A DNA stretch of 64,000 bases from Promethearchaeota archaeon (GTDB taxonomy: Archaea; Asgardarchaeota; Hermodarchaeia; Hermodarchaeales; Hermodarchaeaceae): the NCBI GenBank assembly GCA_048938385.1, contig JBHLMG010000010.1:9785-73784 (forward strand), in the 5' to 3' direction. Made by a program: the position numbers and the translations under genes. How positions within the stretch are numbered: position 1 is the stretch's first letter; every line of letters starts with the position of its first letter. This document shows positions 1-10,700 of the stretch, piece after piece. The notes beneath the pieces were generated by a model, which saw only the letters and a list, made by a program, of their open reading frames with translations, was not told the DNA's origin and ran no database searches.

Positions 1-1335
1 CGGATACTCACAGCCGTTATAGAGGGACAGGAATTTCCTACACAGGAAGTCGCCCTCATTGCCCATCTCTGTCATCCACGACCCAGTGCAAACGACAACG
101 CTAGCGGTTCAGCACTGCTCATGGAAATCGCTCGAACCGTTGCAACCCTCATTGAAACTGGCAAGCTTCCCCTACCATTACGCACCATCCGATTTCTCTG
201 GGTTCCCGAATTCTTCGGCACTATTGCCTACTTACACACTCATCCACAATTCGCCCACCGAGCATTGAGTGCAATTAATTGTGATATGGTCGGTGAAAAT
301 CCCCAACTGTGTGGAGGTACCCTGAACTTACATCGAACACCAGACTCGTTACCCAGTTACATCAACGATCTCCTTGAACACCACTTAGCTGCTGCAGCAA
401 AGGACTCCCGATTAGTTTCACCGATGGGAGGAACTCAACCCTTTCATTATCAGCTGAAAGACTTTGACTGGCGAAGTGATCACTTCATATTTGTTGACCC
501 AAGCATTGGCATCCCCTGCCCGATGCTTAACCACTGGCCCGATGCCTTCTATCATAGTAACCTAGACACCGTGGATAAATGCGACGCGACGCATCTTCAA
601 CGGGTGGGTTATGCAGTGTGTATGACCCTTCTTACCCAAGCCTATGCAGAATCCGACGATGCCATGTTCCTCGCCACGCAGGTCCATGCTCTCGCTCATA
701 CACGTATTACCCAAACCACACAACGGTACATATATGATGCCATCGAATCAATCGGAGAAACAAGTAAAGGTTCCTTGCTTGCTCGAACGCTCCGGAAAGC
801 CATGGAGAGCATTCGTCAAATAAGCCGCCGAGAAAGCATGGCCCTGCAGAGTGTAAAAATTCTCAGTCCGCACGATTCTGAATTATACGAATTCATCGAT
901 GCCATGGTGGCAGACCTAGATCAGGAACGCCACGAAGAACTCCGAAAACTCCGCCAGGCCGAGCAACTCCTTTCACGATCTATTGGCTATGCGCCGCTTC
1001 AGCGGTTAGTGCTCCTGAAAAAAGAGCGAGAAGCCAAATCCATCCGCCCTCGGCGAAAGTTTCAAGGTCCACTTAACTTTACAGATCTCCGACAACTAGC
1101 TAGCCCTGAAGATGCAGAGTGGCTACGCATTTCTCAAAAAGACCAAACAGGATTCGTCGAAACCCTCATTGAACTCACTAACTTCATGGATGGACACCGC
1201 ACCCTCTATGAAATCTTGACAGCCTTAGAGGCGGAATTTGGCGAGATCGCCAACATTCAGACTATCGACCGATTCGTTAAAATTCTCTCAGCTGCAAACT
1301 ACATTGAAGTAGAGAAGATTAAGTCCTCGTATTGA
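1..1335 (+). CDS. M28-type aminopeptidase-like protein (DUF4910-style); 5' end outside window
   Basis: Frame 1 is open from base 1. Before the listed Met it reads RILTAVIEGQEFPTQEVALIAHLCHPRPSANDNASGSALLMEIAR, the H..P.ANDNASG loop I associate with M28-like aminopeptidase-domain proteins. Stop at 1333-1335. Confidence 0.6.
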   Translation, partial: RILTAVIEGQEFPTQEVALIAHLCHPRPSANDNASGSALLMEIARTVATLIETGKLPLPLRTIRFLWVPEFFGTIAYLHTHPQFAHRALSAINCDMVGENPQLCGGTLNLHRTPDSLPSYINDLLEHHLAAAAKDSRLVSPMGGTQPFHYQLKDFDWRSDHFIFVDPSIGIPCPMLNHWPDAFYHSNLDTVDKCDATHLQRVGYAVCMTLLTQAYAESDDAMFLATQVHALAHTRITQTTQRYIYDAIESIGETSKGSLLARTLRKAMESIRQISRRESMALQSVKILSPHDSELYEFIDAMVADLDQERHEELRKLRQAEQLLSRSIGYAPLQRLVLLKKEREAKSIRPRRKFQGPLNFTDLRQLASPEDAEWLRISQKDQTGFVETLIELTNFMDGHRTLYEILTALEAEFGEIANIQTIDRFVKILSAANYIEVEKIKSSY

Positions 1336-1347
1336 GGAGAATATATT

Positions 1348-1800
1348 ATGAGTCATGATCAAACGCTGCATTTACGAGACCGCCTTGAGACAGTCCTTGA
1401 ACAGTTCGAAGCCGATGTGAATCTGATTAGCGAAAGCACCACTTCCGAACAGGCCGCTCAGGTCCGTGAATCCGCAGATCATCTCGAGGAGGTCCTACTC
1501 GAAGTTAAACGCTACTTCGTTGAGGTTCGGAATAAGCTTGCTGAGGTTTCAGGGATCCCTCCTGCAAAAGAGCTTGCCCAACTTGTTATAGGTGCTTCCA
1601 CCGAAGCGCTCAGTGCTATTCGTGAAGTTGAATATAACCTCGAAGAACTTGAAAACAAAGTAAAACGCCAACGCCGGAGCACCATCACTCGAAGAGAAAT
1701 CTTTTACGCTGAATTAGGGGCAAAAGAAGCCATCCGCAAATCCCACTACATCCTCAAACGCATCGCCGAAGAAGCCGAACACCTCCCAGACCAAATTTAA
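1348..1800 (+). CDS. hypothetical coiled-coil protein
   Basis: ATG lies 12 nt after the upstream stop and is preceded by GAGGAG. 150 aa, E/L/K/R-rich and helical-looking, no TM segment. No family recognised. Confidence 0.5.
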   Translation: MSHDQTLHLRDRLETVLEQFEADVNLISESTTSEQAAQVRESADHLEEVLLEVKRYFVEVRNKLAEVSGIPPAKELAQLVIGASTEALSAIREVEYNLEELENKVKRQRRSTITRREIFYAELGAKEAIRKSHYILKRIAEEAEHLPDQI

Positions 1801-1869
1801 ACACTCACAAGAACCCTGGAGGTTTTAAATCTGAAACGATGGTACCTCGTTACCATTATCAGCGTCTGT

Positions 1870-2103
1870 TTGACCATTCTCATGATTGTGCTAGCCCTGA
1901 TTATCCCGGGCTTTCCCCTTTTCCTCTTCATTGCTCTTCCACCTCTCTTTTGCTGGGGCACCCAACAAGAAAGGGAAATGGAAAAACACCATCCTATGTT
2001 AGCTAGACCTCGTTTCTGTAGCCAATGTGGAAAACAGCTTCTCGAACCTTTAGAAAGCTATTGCCCACGCTGTGGAGCACCTACTAGTGAGCCAGAGGAC
2101 TAA
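1870..2103 (+). CDS. small membrane protein with C-terminal zinc ribbon
   Basis: One hydrophobic helix (ILMIVLALIIPGFPLFLFIALPPLF) followed by CSQC-x11-CPRC. The TTG start is uncertain because the frame is open back to 1801. Confidence 0.4.
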   Translation: MTILMIVLALIIPGFPLFLFIALPPLFCWGTQQEREMEKHHPMLARPRFCSQCGKQLLEPLESYCPRCGAPTSEPED

Positions 2104-3551
2104 TTCCCCAACCCGGTTCCCTCACTTGGTTCTGCTGAGCGATGCCTATGTTTCCGTTGCTTAAATGGTGACCAGATGTATCGGTAGATGCTGAATCCGA
2201 GGAGAGGGAGAAATACAGAAAATAAAAGCAGGTGTGTGAAATATCGATCAATGAAGAAGACGCCTGTGCTGACTATGATGGCGAAGATAAACCAGACTGT
2301 GGACCAATTGTTGATAGCACCCCAAAGATGGTAGCGCAATCGTCGTTGTGGTGTCGCTATTTGATTCGCAGTTTTATGAGGTATTATTGGGCGATTCAGT
2401 GATGTGCCAAATAAAGCCAAAAAGGGAAGAAGGGCAATAAGGTAGTACTTGTATAATCCTCGAGCAAGGAAAATATGCGACGCCAATGAAAGAAGCAAGG
2501 CTATTAGGAGTAGCTGGTTTGTGTACTCTTTCCCAGATTTTTCAGCAATGAATCCGCCTGTCACCCAAAAAACCGCAAGGAACACAGCCCACGGAATTCC
2601 GTAATAGACTGCAGAAATAGCGATGAACTTGAAGGGTTCCGGCCAGCCAATCGCTAGTATTGATACGGGAACTGGGTGAGTGACTGGAGGAAGCTCACCA
2701 GAGAACCAATAAGCGCCTATTCCCCCTATGAGGGCTTGAAAATAGGAGAGAGGATACAGCGCAATGTACGGCAACGAGAGGAGGAGAATTATTACACCAA
2801 TGATAGCAATGGATGTATAGAGCCGTTCTAGACTCCGGCGAAATTCCATGAAAACAACTAATGGGAGAAGTAAAGCCGCCGTTTGTTTGGTCATGGTTGC
2901 GACCGTGATCCATATAGCCGCCCACAGCATGTTACCACGGACTAAAAAGTAGAATCCAAGGGTTAAGAAAAATGTATGAATCGGGGTGCTCAGCCACAAG
3001 TAGTTCCCCCACCAAATCGAGATGGGATTTAGAGCAAATACCAACATCGCAACGACTGGAATGAAACGATTCGCCGTCAAGCGCCGGGCAGTTGCATAAA
3101 TCACCGCACAGGTCGCAAGGTCAAAAAAAATGAATGCAAAGCCTACACGGAGAAATTCCAACGACCGACCCAACAGTAGGCTCTCAACAATGAGATTGGG
3201 AAACACGACTTCAGACGGTACGAAGTAAAAAGCACTTAGAATGTAGACAAACAACGGGGGATAAATGTAAACTTGTCGACCGTAGATCGTGTACAAAGCG
3301 TCAGTATATGGTAAATGCCCTTGCACAAACTGGCGAACGAAATTCATGTAATAGTAGGTAAAGTCCGAATAGCCTTCTACTACCTGGAAGTCCATACCGA
3401 AGAGCGGATGAGAGCCTAAAATGAGATAATGCCATGCAGCAAAATAGAATACCGCGAGTTTCACGATGATTATGGGTATGAATACTACCCAGAAATACGA
3501 ATCCGCTATGCGACGAAGTTTAGTTTTTATCCACAAAACCTCTCCGGACAT
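2100..3551 (-). CDS. polytopic membrane protein, GT-C-type glycosyl/mannosyltransferase-like (DUF2029/GT87-like)
   Basis: 483 aa with more than 10 hydrophobic helices. The first loop, DFTYYYMNFVRQFVQGHLPYTDALY...YIYPPLF, resembles the D..Y...G..pY...YPPL signature of DUF2029-type membrane glycosyltransferases. Recalled from memory, not searched. Confidence 0.5.
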   Translation of the reverse strand: MSGEVLWIKTKLRRIADSYFWVVFIPIIIVKLAVFYFAAWHYLILGSHPLFGMDFQVVEGYSDFTYYYMNFVRQFVQGHLPYTDALYTIYGRQVYIYPPLFVYILSAFYFVPSEVVFPNLIVESLLLGRSLEFLRVGFAFIFFDLATCAVIYATARRLTANRFIPVVAMLVFALNPISIWWGNYLWLSTPIHTFFLTLGFYFLVRGNMLWAAIWITVATMTKQTAALLLPLVVFMEFRRSLERLYTSIAIIGVIILLLSLPYIALYPLSYFQALIGGIGAYWFSGELPPVTHPVPVSILAIGWPEPFKFIAISAVYYGIPWAVFLAVFWVTGGFIAEKSGKEYTNQLLLIALLLSLASHIFLARGLYKYYLIALLPFLALFGTSLNRPIIPHKTANQIATPQRRLRYHLWGAINNWSTVWFIFAIIVSTGVFFIDRYFTHLLLFSVFLPLLGFSIYRYIWSPFKQRKHRHRSAEPSEGTGLGN

Positions 3552-3669
3552 TTCGCCTCACTAAGTCTATGGGTGCTTTCTCCGTAAAAGGCTTTAATGA
3601 AGAATGAAGCCATGGATTCCTCAAGGTTTTTGAGGTTTCTTCCATCCGTCACCCTTAATAAGCTACGAT

Positions 3670-5781
3670 ATGAAACAATGGGTCGAACCAATGATTCGGG
3701 ATGTCTACATACTCAAACGCAGTGGCGAGGTCATCATTCACAAAGCCTTCAGTAAACGTGGCGTGGATGAAGCCATTTTTAGTGGATTTTACAGCGCTTT
3801 AAGCGCCTTTGCTGAGGAACTCGGACACGGAGGAATTGAAACCATCCAGATGGGTGATGTGAGTTTCTATTACGAACATAGCAAAGACCTCCTTTTCGCC
3901 ATTGCAGCTGATAAATCCCACAACGCCAAAGATGTCCAAATTGTGTTGACCGAAATCAAACGCCAGTTCACCGAAAACTACGCTGATCGCGTTGCAGACT
4001 GGGATGGTACTCCTACGCCCTTCCAGAAGTTCAACAAAGAAATCGAAGGAATCGTCTCTGTAAAGCATGTTACAGAAGGTGAAACCGGACTCTACATCCT
4101 ACCCTTCGCCGTAGATGGAGCTAAACTGAAAGGGAAGACTCTAGATGACACAGACATCAATGGTGACATCATTTTAGATCCCCGACTTGAACTAGCCGCT
4201 GTCCACCTGTTGCTAGACGACATTCGACGTAACACCACTGGCTTAAAACCTCTAAACGAAGGGTGCTTCGAATTCCTGACCAAACTCCTCTGGCCTATAT
4301 GGATTGTATCAAGCCCAGATAATCGCATTCTCCTCATCGACGGACTCAAACTCCTCCAGCCCCAGGTCGCCCGCGGCTTCGTCCCTCCTGCTAGCCGATA
4401 CGAAGCCCTACTCAAAGTCAACGCATCGCCGGAATACCTCGCTGTCATTGAGAAACTCACCGAGGAGGTGCGAACCGCAGCCCGATCCACCCCCTTTGAC
4501 CTTCATGTCATCCCTGCCGAACTTACCCAACAACTCCGACACCTTGCTCGAATCACTAACGGCAACGACCAGTTCGGAGTCCAACTACCTAGCCAAATGA
4601 ATCGTGACCAAGCCAACAAGGAAGCCGAACAATTCTTCACCGAGGCTATCGAAACCTACAAAGAATCTAGCAAGCAATGGACCCAGTTTCGTACCTACTT
4701 TCAAAAAGATGTACAAAAATGGAAGGAACGCATCCAAACTGAAATCATCACTCTCAAAGACCACTACGCCACCCGAAAAGCAGACTTAAAACACGAAATT
4801 GATCAAGCCTTCGTTCAAATAGCCAAAGAAGAAGAAGCTGCTATGACAGAAGTTGAAGAGTGGCGACAAGACCAAACTCAACAAATCCTCACTCCGCTGA
4901 AAACTAGCCTGTCCCCTATCGACCAAGAACTCATCGAACAGCAATCGACCTTGAAACGGCACCTCTCCGACAAGAAAAGCAAGATCACAGACCCAGAAAC
5001 CTTCCTAAACCAGCTTACTAAAGCCTTAGACCAATTTGACGACTTTGCTAATGATCTCCGAAATCTAACCAAAGCATCGCGGAAGGAAATTCAACAAACT
5101 CGACGCAACCTTCAAGATTTGGATCGACAGGTTCAAGAGCGGAAAGCCCAGGTACGACAACGCTTCGCGACCCAAGAAGAACAAGAAGCTCAACAGTTAG
5201 ACGAATTGGATGAAGAACGCCAAGACCGGCTTCAAGAAACCCAAGACCGGCTTAAACAACTCGAAGAATACGCCACAGAAATTGATGACCTCATCCAACA
5301 ACACATTACCCACAGCAATACACAACTGACCACCTTCGAACACTACCTCCTCGAAGCAGGAACCCCCCTTCCCACTGATATTAAAACCCCCATTTACATT
5401 CCTATTTATCTTGCAGGACTCAAACAGGAGAACGATACTACCCACCTGTTAGTAATTCCTCCAATCATGGTCCCACCCTCCAAACAGGTCGAAAAAATTC
5501 CCATTGGTCAACGCACCGTACCAGTTGGTGCCTTATCCTCTGAAATGGTCCAATACCTTAAAACCAGCTTGGAAGCTGCCTTCGCGGACGATCCTAAATT
5601 TGCTAAACAGGTGACCCAACTCTCTCCCCGACACAATCTCCTCTCAGATCCCCATATCGAAAGCCTACTCTACTCTGGATTACACGCCCTTTGGCAAGCC
5701 CACCTTATTCCTGAACGGGTGCATACTCAAATTAAACTCGCCTGCATCGACATGTACCGCAGCAGCCACACCGCCTGCTAG
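3670..5781 (+). CDS. longin/roadblock-like N-terminal domain protein with long central coiled coil
   Basis: The N-terminal ~115 aa (MIRDVYILKRSGEVIIHKAF...FSGFYSALSAFAEELG...VSFYYEH..LLFAIAADKS...VQIVLTEIKRQFTENY) follows the strand-strand-helix-strand-strand-strand-helix pattern of longin/AP-sigma-like folds. Residues ~300-560 are Q/E/K/R/D-rich and heptad-like. No TM segment. Confidence 0.6.
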   Translation: MKQWVEPMIRDVYILKRSGEVIIHKAFSKRGVDEAIFSGFYSALSAFAEELGHGGIETIQMGDVSFYYEHSKDLLFAIAADKSHNAKDVQIVLTEIKRQFTENYADRVADWDGTPTPFQKFNKEIEGIVSVKHVTEGETGLYILPFAVDGAKLKGKTLDDTDINGDIILDPRLELAAVHLLLDDIRRNTTGLKPLNEGCFEFLTKLLWPIWIVSSPDNRILLIDGLKLLQPQVARGFVPPASRYEALLKVNASPEYLAVIEKLTEEVRTAARSTPFDLHVIPAELTQQLRHLARITNGNDQFGVQLPSQMNRDQANKEAEQFFTEAIETYKESSKQWTQFRTYFQKDVQKWKERIQTEIITLKDHYATRKADLKHEIDQAFVQIAKEEEAAMTEVEEWRQDQTQQILTPLKTSLSPIDQELIEQQSTLKRHLSDKKSKITDPETFLNQLTKALDQFDDFANDLRNLTKASRKEIQQTRRNLQDLDRQVQERKAQVRQRFATQEEQEAQQLDELDEERQDRLQETQDRLKQLEEYATEIDDLIQQHITHSNTQLTTFEHYLLEAGTPLPTDIKTPIYIPIYLAGLKQENDTTHLLVIPPIMVPPSKQVEKIPIGQRTVPVGALSSEMVQYLKTSLEAAFADDPKFAKQVTQLSPRHNLLSDPHIESLLYSGLHALWQAHLIPERVHTQIKLACIDMYRSSHTAC

Positions 5782-5794
5782 TTTGAATGAAACT

Positions 5795-6721
5795 CTAAAG
5801 CTTCGGTAAAATTTCCTTTTGGATAAGTTCCAAATCCCGTTCAACAGTAGTGGGATTCACTAACCGAAGTGTCAAATGCGTCGCACCCATCTCAGCATAG
5901 GCTTTGAGCCGTTCAGCGCAATCCTCTGAAGAGCCCAGAATAACCCGAGAATCGTCAAGAGATTTACCCCATTTAGGAAGATGCTTCCGAGCATCCACAG
6001 CGTTCTTGCCATGCTGAAACAACATATTCGGAATCACTTCAAAGTCCTCCTGCGATCGATCGTTAAAGGCTAACAAATCCCACAGTTGATTAATCCGTGT
6101 TTGCAAGCCCTGTAGGGTTGGAGCAAAGGGCATCCAACCATTACCGTAGTAGGCCATTAGTTCTAAAATACCCCGTGAACCTCCGCCAAAGAAGAAGGGC
6201 GGATGTGGTTGTTGTACGGGTTTTGGTTCCAAGGAAACAGCGTTAAGCTGGTAGTAGATTCCTTGAAAGGACACCGTCTTTTCAGTCCATAACCGTTGAA
6301 TTACATGGACAGCCTCCTCGATTTGGGCAAGGCGTTCAGGATGCCGATGAAAGGGTACTTCTAGCCACTGAAACTCCTGACGGTACCACCCTGCACCCAC
6401 GCCCATAAGCAAACGACCCGAAGTCAACTGATCCACAGTTGCCGCCATTTTGGCGAGAAGAAAGGGATGCCGTAAGGGTAGAGGGGTTACGCTGGGTCCG
6501 ATTCGTACCGAGTGTGTCACCGTTCCTATAGCGGCGATGACCGTCCACGCCTCCTCCACCTTTGATCCTCTTGGAAGACTGAAATGATCATTGACCACCA
6601 CATGGTCAAATTCGGCTTTCTCAATGAGTTTCGCAGCGTGGATAGTTTGCGAAGGAGTGAAAAGTTCTAGGGGGAGATGAATACCCAGCTTCAAAGGGAT
6701 CTCAGCCTGGCAGTGTATCAA
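5795..6721 (-). CDS. LLM-class (luciferase-like) F420/flavin-dependent oxidoreductase
   Basis: 308 aa. Contains FDHVVVNDHF, GRLLMGVGAGW and TIM-barrel LLM-family hallmarks through to the C-terminal GATHLTLRL. Confidence 0.75.
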   Translation of the reverse strand: MIHCQAEIPLKLGIHLPLELFTPSQTIHAAKLIEKAEFDHVVVNDHFSLPRGSKVEEAWTVIAAIGTVTHSVRIGPSVTPLPLRHPFLLAKMAATVDQLTSGRLLMGVGAGWYRQEFQWLEVPFHRHPERLAQIEEAVHVIQRLWTEKTVSFQGIYYQLNAVSLEPKPVQQPHPPFFFGGGSRGILELMAYYGNGWMPFAPTLQGLQTRINQLWDLLAFNDRSQEDFEVIPNMLFQHGKNAVDARKHLPKWGKSLDDSRVILGSSEDCAERLKAYAEMGATHLTLRLVNPTTVERDLELIQKEILPKL

Positions 6722-6732
6722 TGGTCCTGGGA

Positions 6733-7419
6733 TTATTCCACGTCTTCTTGCTTTTTAGATTCTTCGAGCCCTGCCGACCGGCGGGCCGCAAGATGTCGCA
6801 ACAGGCTCACCGTTGTTCGCAACTTTGAAGCCTCTTTCAAAATCAGCGTCTCCGCGGCTTCCTTGTTAGAAATCATGGTGGCCCGCAACAACACCTTCCG
6901 CATCCATGCGAGCTGTTCGTCATCGAAGGCCGTGTTTGAAATCTCCTTCGTCGCGATGTTCATCGTCATGAACTGCTTTGTGGATTCTGGCAACAACATG
7001 TACTCCTCTAAAGTCACGGTGTACAACAAAGACCCCACATCCAGGCTATCCGGAAGGACCCGCTCCAAGAACTCCCGAACCCCCATCGTCACGGCTAAGG
7101 ACCCAATCAGGACTACGGTGACTTCACTGATCCCAGCCGTCAACAAAGCCGCGACCAATTCGGCACTTAGGTTTTGGGTTATCGATTGAACGGTGAACCG
7201 CACGGGACGCACTTGCTGGTCTTCCAACTTTGCATCGAACGCGTGATAGCCTAACACCAGCCCGGACCCTGAAAACTCCACCGTAAACCCATGTTCACAA
7301 ATCTTGCCTGGCACAACCCGTCCCGTGATGATGTTGCTTTTCGCCTTTACGAAGGCGTCTTCAGGCACTTCTAATTCACCGGTAGTCCCACACTGAGGAC
7401 ACCGTACCTTTAACTTCAC
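6733..7419 (-). CDS. hypothetical protein with N-terminal zinc-ribbon
   Basis: N-terminus is VRCPQCG...x30...CEH, followed by an alpha/beta-looking core (VTVVLIGS...VLPDSL) and a helical acidic tail. Lies 11 nt upstream of the LLM gene on the same strand. Confidence 0.5.
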   Translation of the reverse strand: MKLKVRCPQCGTTGELEVPEDAFVKAKSNIITGRVVPGKICEHGFTVEFSGSGLVLGYHAFDAKLEDQQVRPVRFTVQSITQNLSAELVAALLTAGISEVTVVLIGSLAVTMGVREFLERVLPDSLDVGSLLYTVTLEEYMLLPESTKQFMTMNIATKEISNTAFDDEQLAWMRKVLLRATMISNKEAAETLILKEASKLRTTVSLLRHLAARRSAGLEESKKQEDVE

Positions 7420-7634
7420 GGTTAGGTTCCCCGTTATGGCAAGCCAACAAAACTCAAGGGATGAAACTCCCTAAAATACCCTTGCTTTGTTACGACAAAT
7501 GGGATTTACAGCCAGGTTCCTGATAGCAACCCCTTTATACGCCTTTACCACAATCAACGCCTATACAATTCATCACTGAGTTCGCCTTTAACTACGGCTA
7601 CAAGATTTTGTTTAGACAAGCGAACAGGTAAAGG

Positions 7635-7642
7635 TATTTAAA
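7635..7642 (+). promoter_or_regulatory. candidate archaeal TATA box (TATTTAAA) for the giant gene
   Basis: TATTTAAA preceded by purine-rich GGTAAAGG (BRE-like), ~140 nt upstream of the ATG at 7779. This would imply a long leader. Confidence 0.25.
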
Positions 7643-7778
7643 GCGTCTTGCATCCAGCACTGTAGCGGTTTGACAGAAGAAACGGCGAAAAACACTCCCA
7701 TTAGAGCGGAAGTGGTAGTTTCCTCCACTTAGATGGGCTCTGCTGTTCTCAGACCACCGCGGCTCCGGGGTTAACATC

Positions 7779-10700
7779 ATGCAGCGTCGCACACTCACTT
7801 GTTTGGTATTACTCACGCTTTTTCTCTTCTCGTCGGTGAACCTCTTCACCTCGAATGTTGGTACTCCACTCCTTGGAGAACCCGCCACCGATTCTTCGGG
7901 TGGCACCCAGATCGAATCTGCGCGCTCACCTACGGCGCCTCCACCGCCAGAAGGCCCGACCTGGGACGGGAGCGAATACCTCTATCAAGGCCTTGGACAG
8001 ACCCTACCGTCCCAAGAATTTTCTTATGGACCAACTGCAATTTTAGGCGTTACCGATCTAGATTTTGGAGAAACCGCAACAGGGCAAATCGATATCCCTC
8101 AGGGATGGACTGGCTACTATCTCACTGCTTCGGTGTACAATCTGTTTGACAAAATTTCCCACATAGCAGGTAATACACGGAACGGTAATTTTGAATCAGG
8201 TACGACATCACCGAATTACTGGGTTGAAAGCAAACGCGGAATGTCGGGAGGAGGTATTGCTGGGCTGTCTTGGAATTGGGGAACAGATTGGGGAGAAACA
8301 GACAAGGGCATCAATATTTGGGCTAATACAAGTGGTTATCCATGGCAAGCCAATCTTAACCTCATAGAATATATTGGCTGGACACAAACAATCGATCTCA
8401 ACCGCATTGATCCCACCTATGCTTGGCTGTCCTTCGATGTTCGATTCTACGATGACAATGTCCATGGACGCGATGATGATGACGAGATGGCCGTCTATGC
8501 AGAAGTGGGAGGAGCCGAGCGTATTTTTGTCTGCTGGAGGTATTGCCCTAATGCCTGGAGACAAGGCTGGCAATTTTACAACATCAATTTTTCTCTTACA
8601 CCCGACGAGCTCCAATCGTGGACTTCAGACACGATTAATGTCACCTTAGGCATGACGGTGGACTTTGATTGGACGATTAACAATTATTTTGCCATGGATT
8701 TTGATAATGTTGAACTCATCGTCCGAGGAAAAGCTAGCCCGACTGCGAATGGCTTACAACTCCGACTCAACAGCTCATCCTCCTGGGTGAATCCCACCTA
8801 TGGTTCTGGAACGATCTCCTTAGCTGGCACATGGGGTCCCTATCCTTCCGACGACTATGTTGTGGCTAGCTGGACGACTGTAAGTGCCATTAGTAGAAAT
8901 GTCGACTTCAATTATACTTTGACACTTTACATTAAACGAAGCGGAACGACCGAAGCTCAAACTGGCCCCGAGGGCTCTACCTTTTTGGTTAAGCATGGAC
9001 TTAATGCGTCCTGGACGGCTTGGTTTTTCGCCGACTTTTATTCCACTTACTATACCAACTACAACTTCACGATAAAGAAGCCAGCGGGAGGAACCTGGTC
9101 CCTGAGTAGCGTTACTGATCCGAACTTGAATTCAAAGACGGCTGAGGTTCTCGCCCAAAGTAACGCTACATATTGGTGTCTCCCCGCCTCTCTGATTACC
9201 GCCTTTGGCTGGTGGAAATTCACCTTCACCTCCTTCAACCAGATCGAATCGGTATCCGGACTGCAAAGCCTCTATCGTATTAATCCTCGCTCCCCGTCTA
9301 TCCTCTCCATCACGGTGACCTTTGAGAGCGTCACTTCCGGTGAGGTTAACCTAACCATCTACAATGCACAGCACCAACATGTGTATAGTGCGCCCACAGG
9401 TACCGTTACTGGCGGAACGCATCCCTTCACTGTGGACTTCGATGATGGAGACCTGTTTCCAGCTGGGACTTACGATTTGTGTATTTCTTACGATGATAAT
9501 GTAACCTTATCGCAAGTAGGTTTCTATCGTGCCACCTTTGATATTGAACATGACTCAAGCCTTACGCCAGAAACGACCCCGCTGACTGTGGGCTATAACG
9601 ATGGTGGTTTCTTCTATCCCCGAGTCGCCTACAACGACATCGAAACTTCTGGGAGTCCATTCATTGGTAACACCTCAGGAAGCGTCACAGTTACTGGGCA
9701 AGTGAGTGGTCGACCCCTAGTTACCTTCCGTCAAGTCGGCAGCTTATATCAAGCCATTGTCCCCGACACCTATGCCCAACCTGGCGATCACAACCTCGCA
9801 GTAACTGCCGATGACCCCTTCTACGATGCAGCGCAAACAACGATTGTTCTTCGAGTGCGTAGTTCTACTACACTCTCATCACCGACTCCTGGTTACACCG
9901 CTTACTACCTTGAAACCTTCATGCTGCAAGTCTTTTATGAAGACAACAATGGCACGGGTATCTCTGGTGCAGCTAGCTGGTTTACAACTCCGGGTTGGTC
10001 GGGCACTTCGATCACTCCAGGTGGTTCTGCGGGTTGGTACAACATCCAAGCCGACTCTGACGCGGACGGGCGAATCATTGGCACCCACACGCTCACCGTG
10101 ACGGTGACGGACCCCTCAGCCTACTATCAATCACGCACTCTCCAATTTACCATCGTCGTCCGAGGTCGTAACACCCTATTGACCTCCACGACCCCCAGTT
10201 CTGTGCCCTATGGCGCCACGGCACGATTTAGCATTACTTTATCTGATTTAGATGGAGGTGCTCCGCCTAATAATAGCACGAACAAGCTTCACCTTTCCCT
10301 TTGGCGTGGGGGAGTTCGTTGGACTTCACCAGAAGCCTCCATTATCTATGGTGGGGCAAATGGGAAATGGAACATCTCTGTTGATACAGGCTTTCTTCCT
10401 GGTGTAGGAGACTACACTTTTGAGGTGCGGTTCGAGTGGTACCACATATCCAGTGATAACTCGCCCTTCTACGGAAACCGAACCGTGGATGTCACCGTGT
10501 CTGCCCGCCTTGTGGGTACCAGCATCACCTATGATCCCCCCAATCCCATCCCCATCAATGATGACGCAGACATCACCATTTACTATCAGATCGATGATCC
10601 GATTTACTTCCCCATCAGCCGAATCTTTGGGATAGTCAAAGCGGATGTTACTGTGCTCCTAAATGGGACGAACTTGGGCACTGGATTTGATTGGGACCCA

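Noticed and set aside
7598-7906. 102-aa minus-strand ORF spanning the promoter and 5' end of the giant gene.
   Set aside because: It overlaps the signal-peptide-coding start of a far better supported gene and has no recognisable features or RBS.
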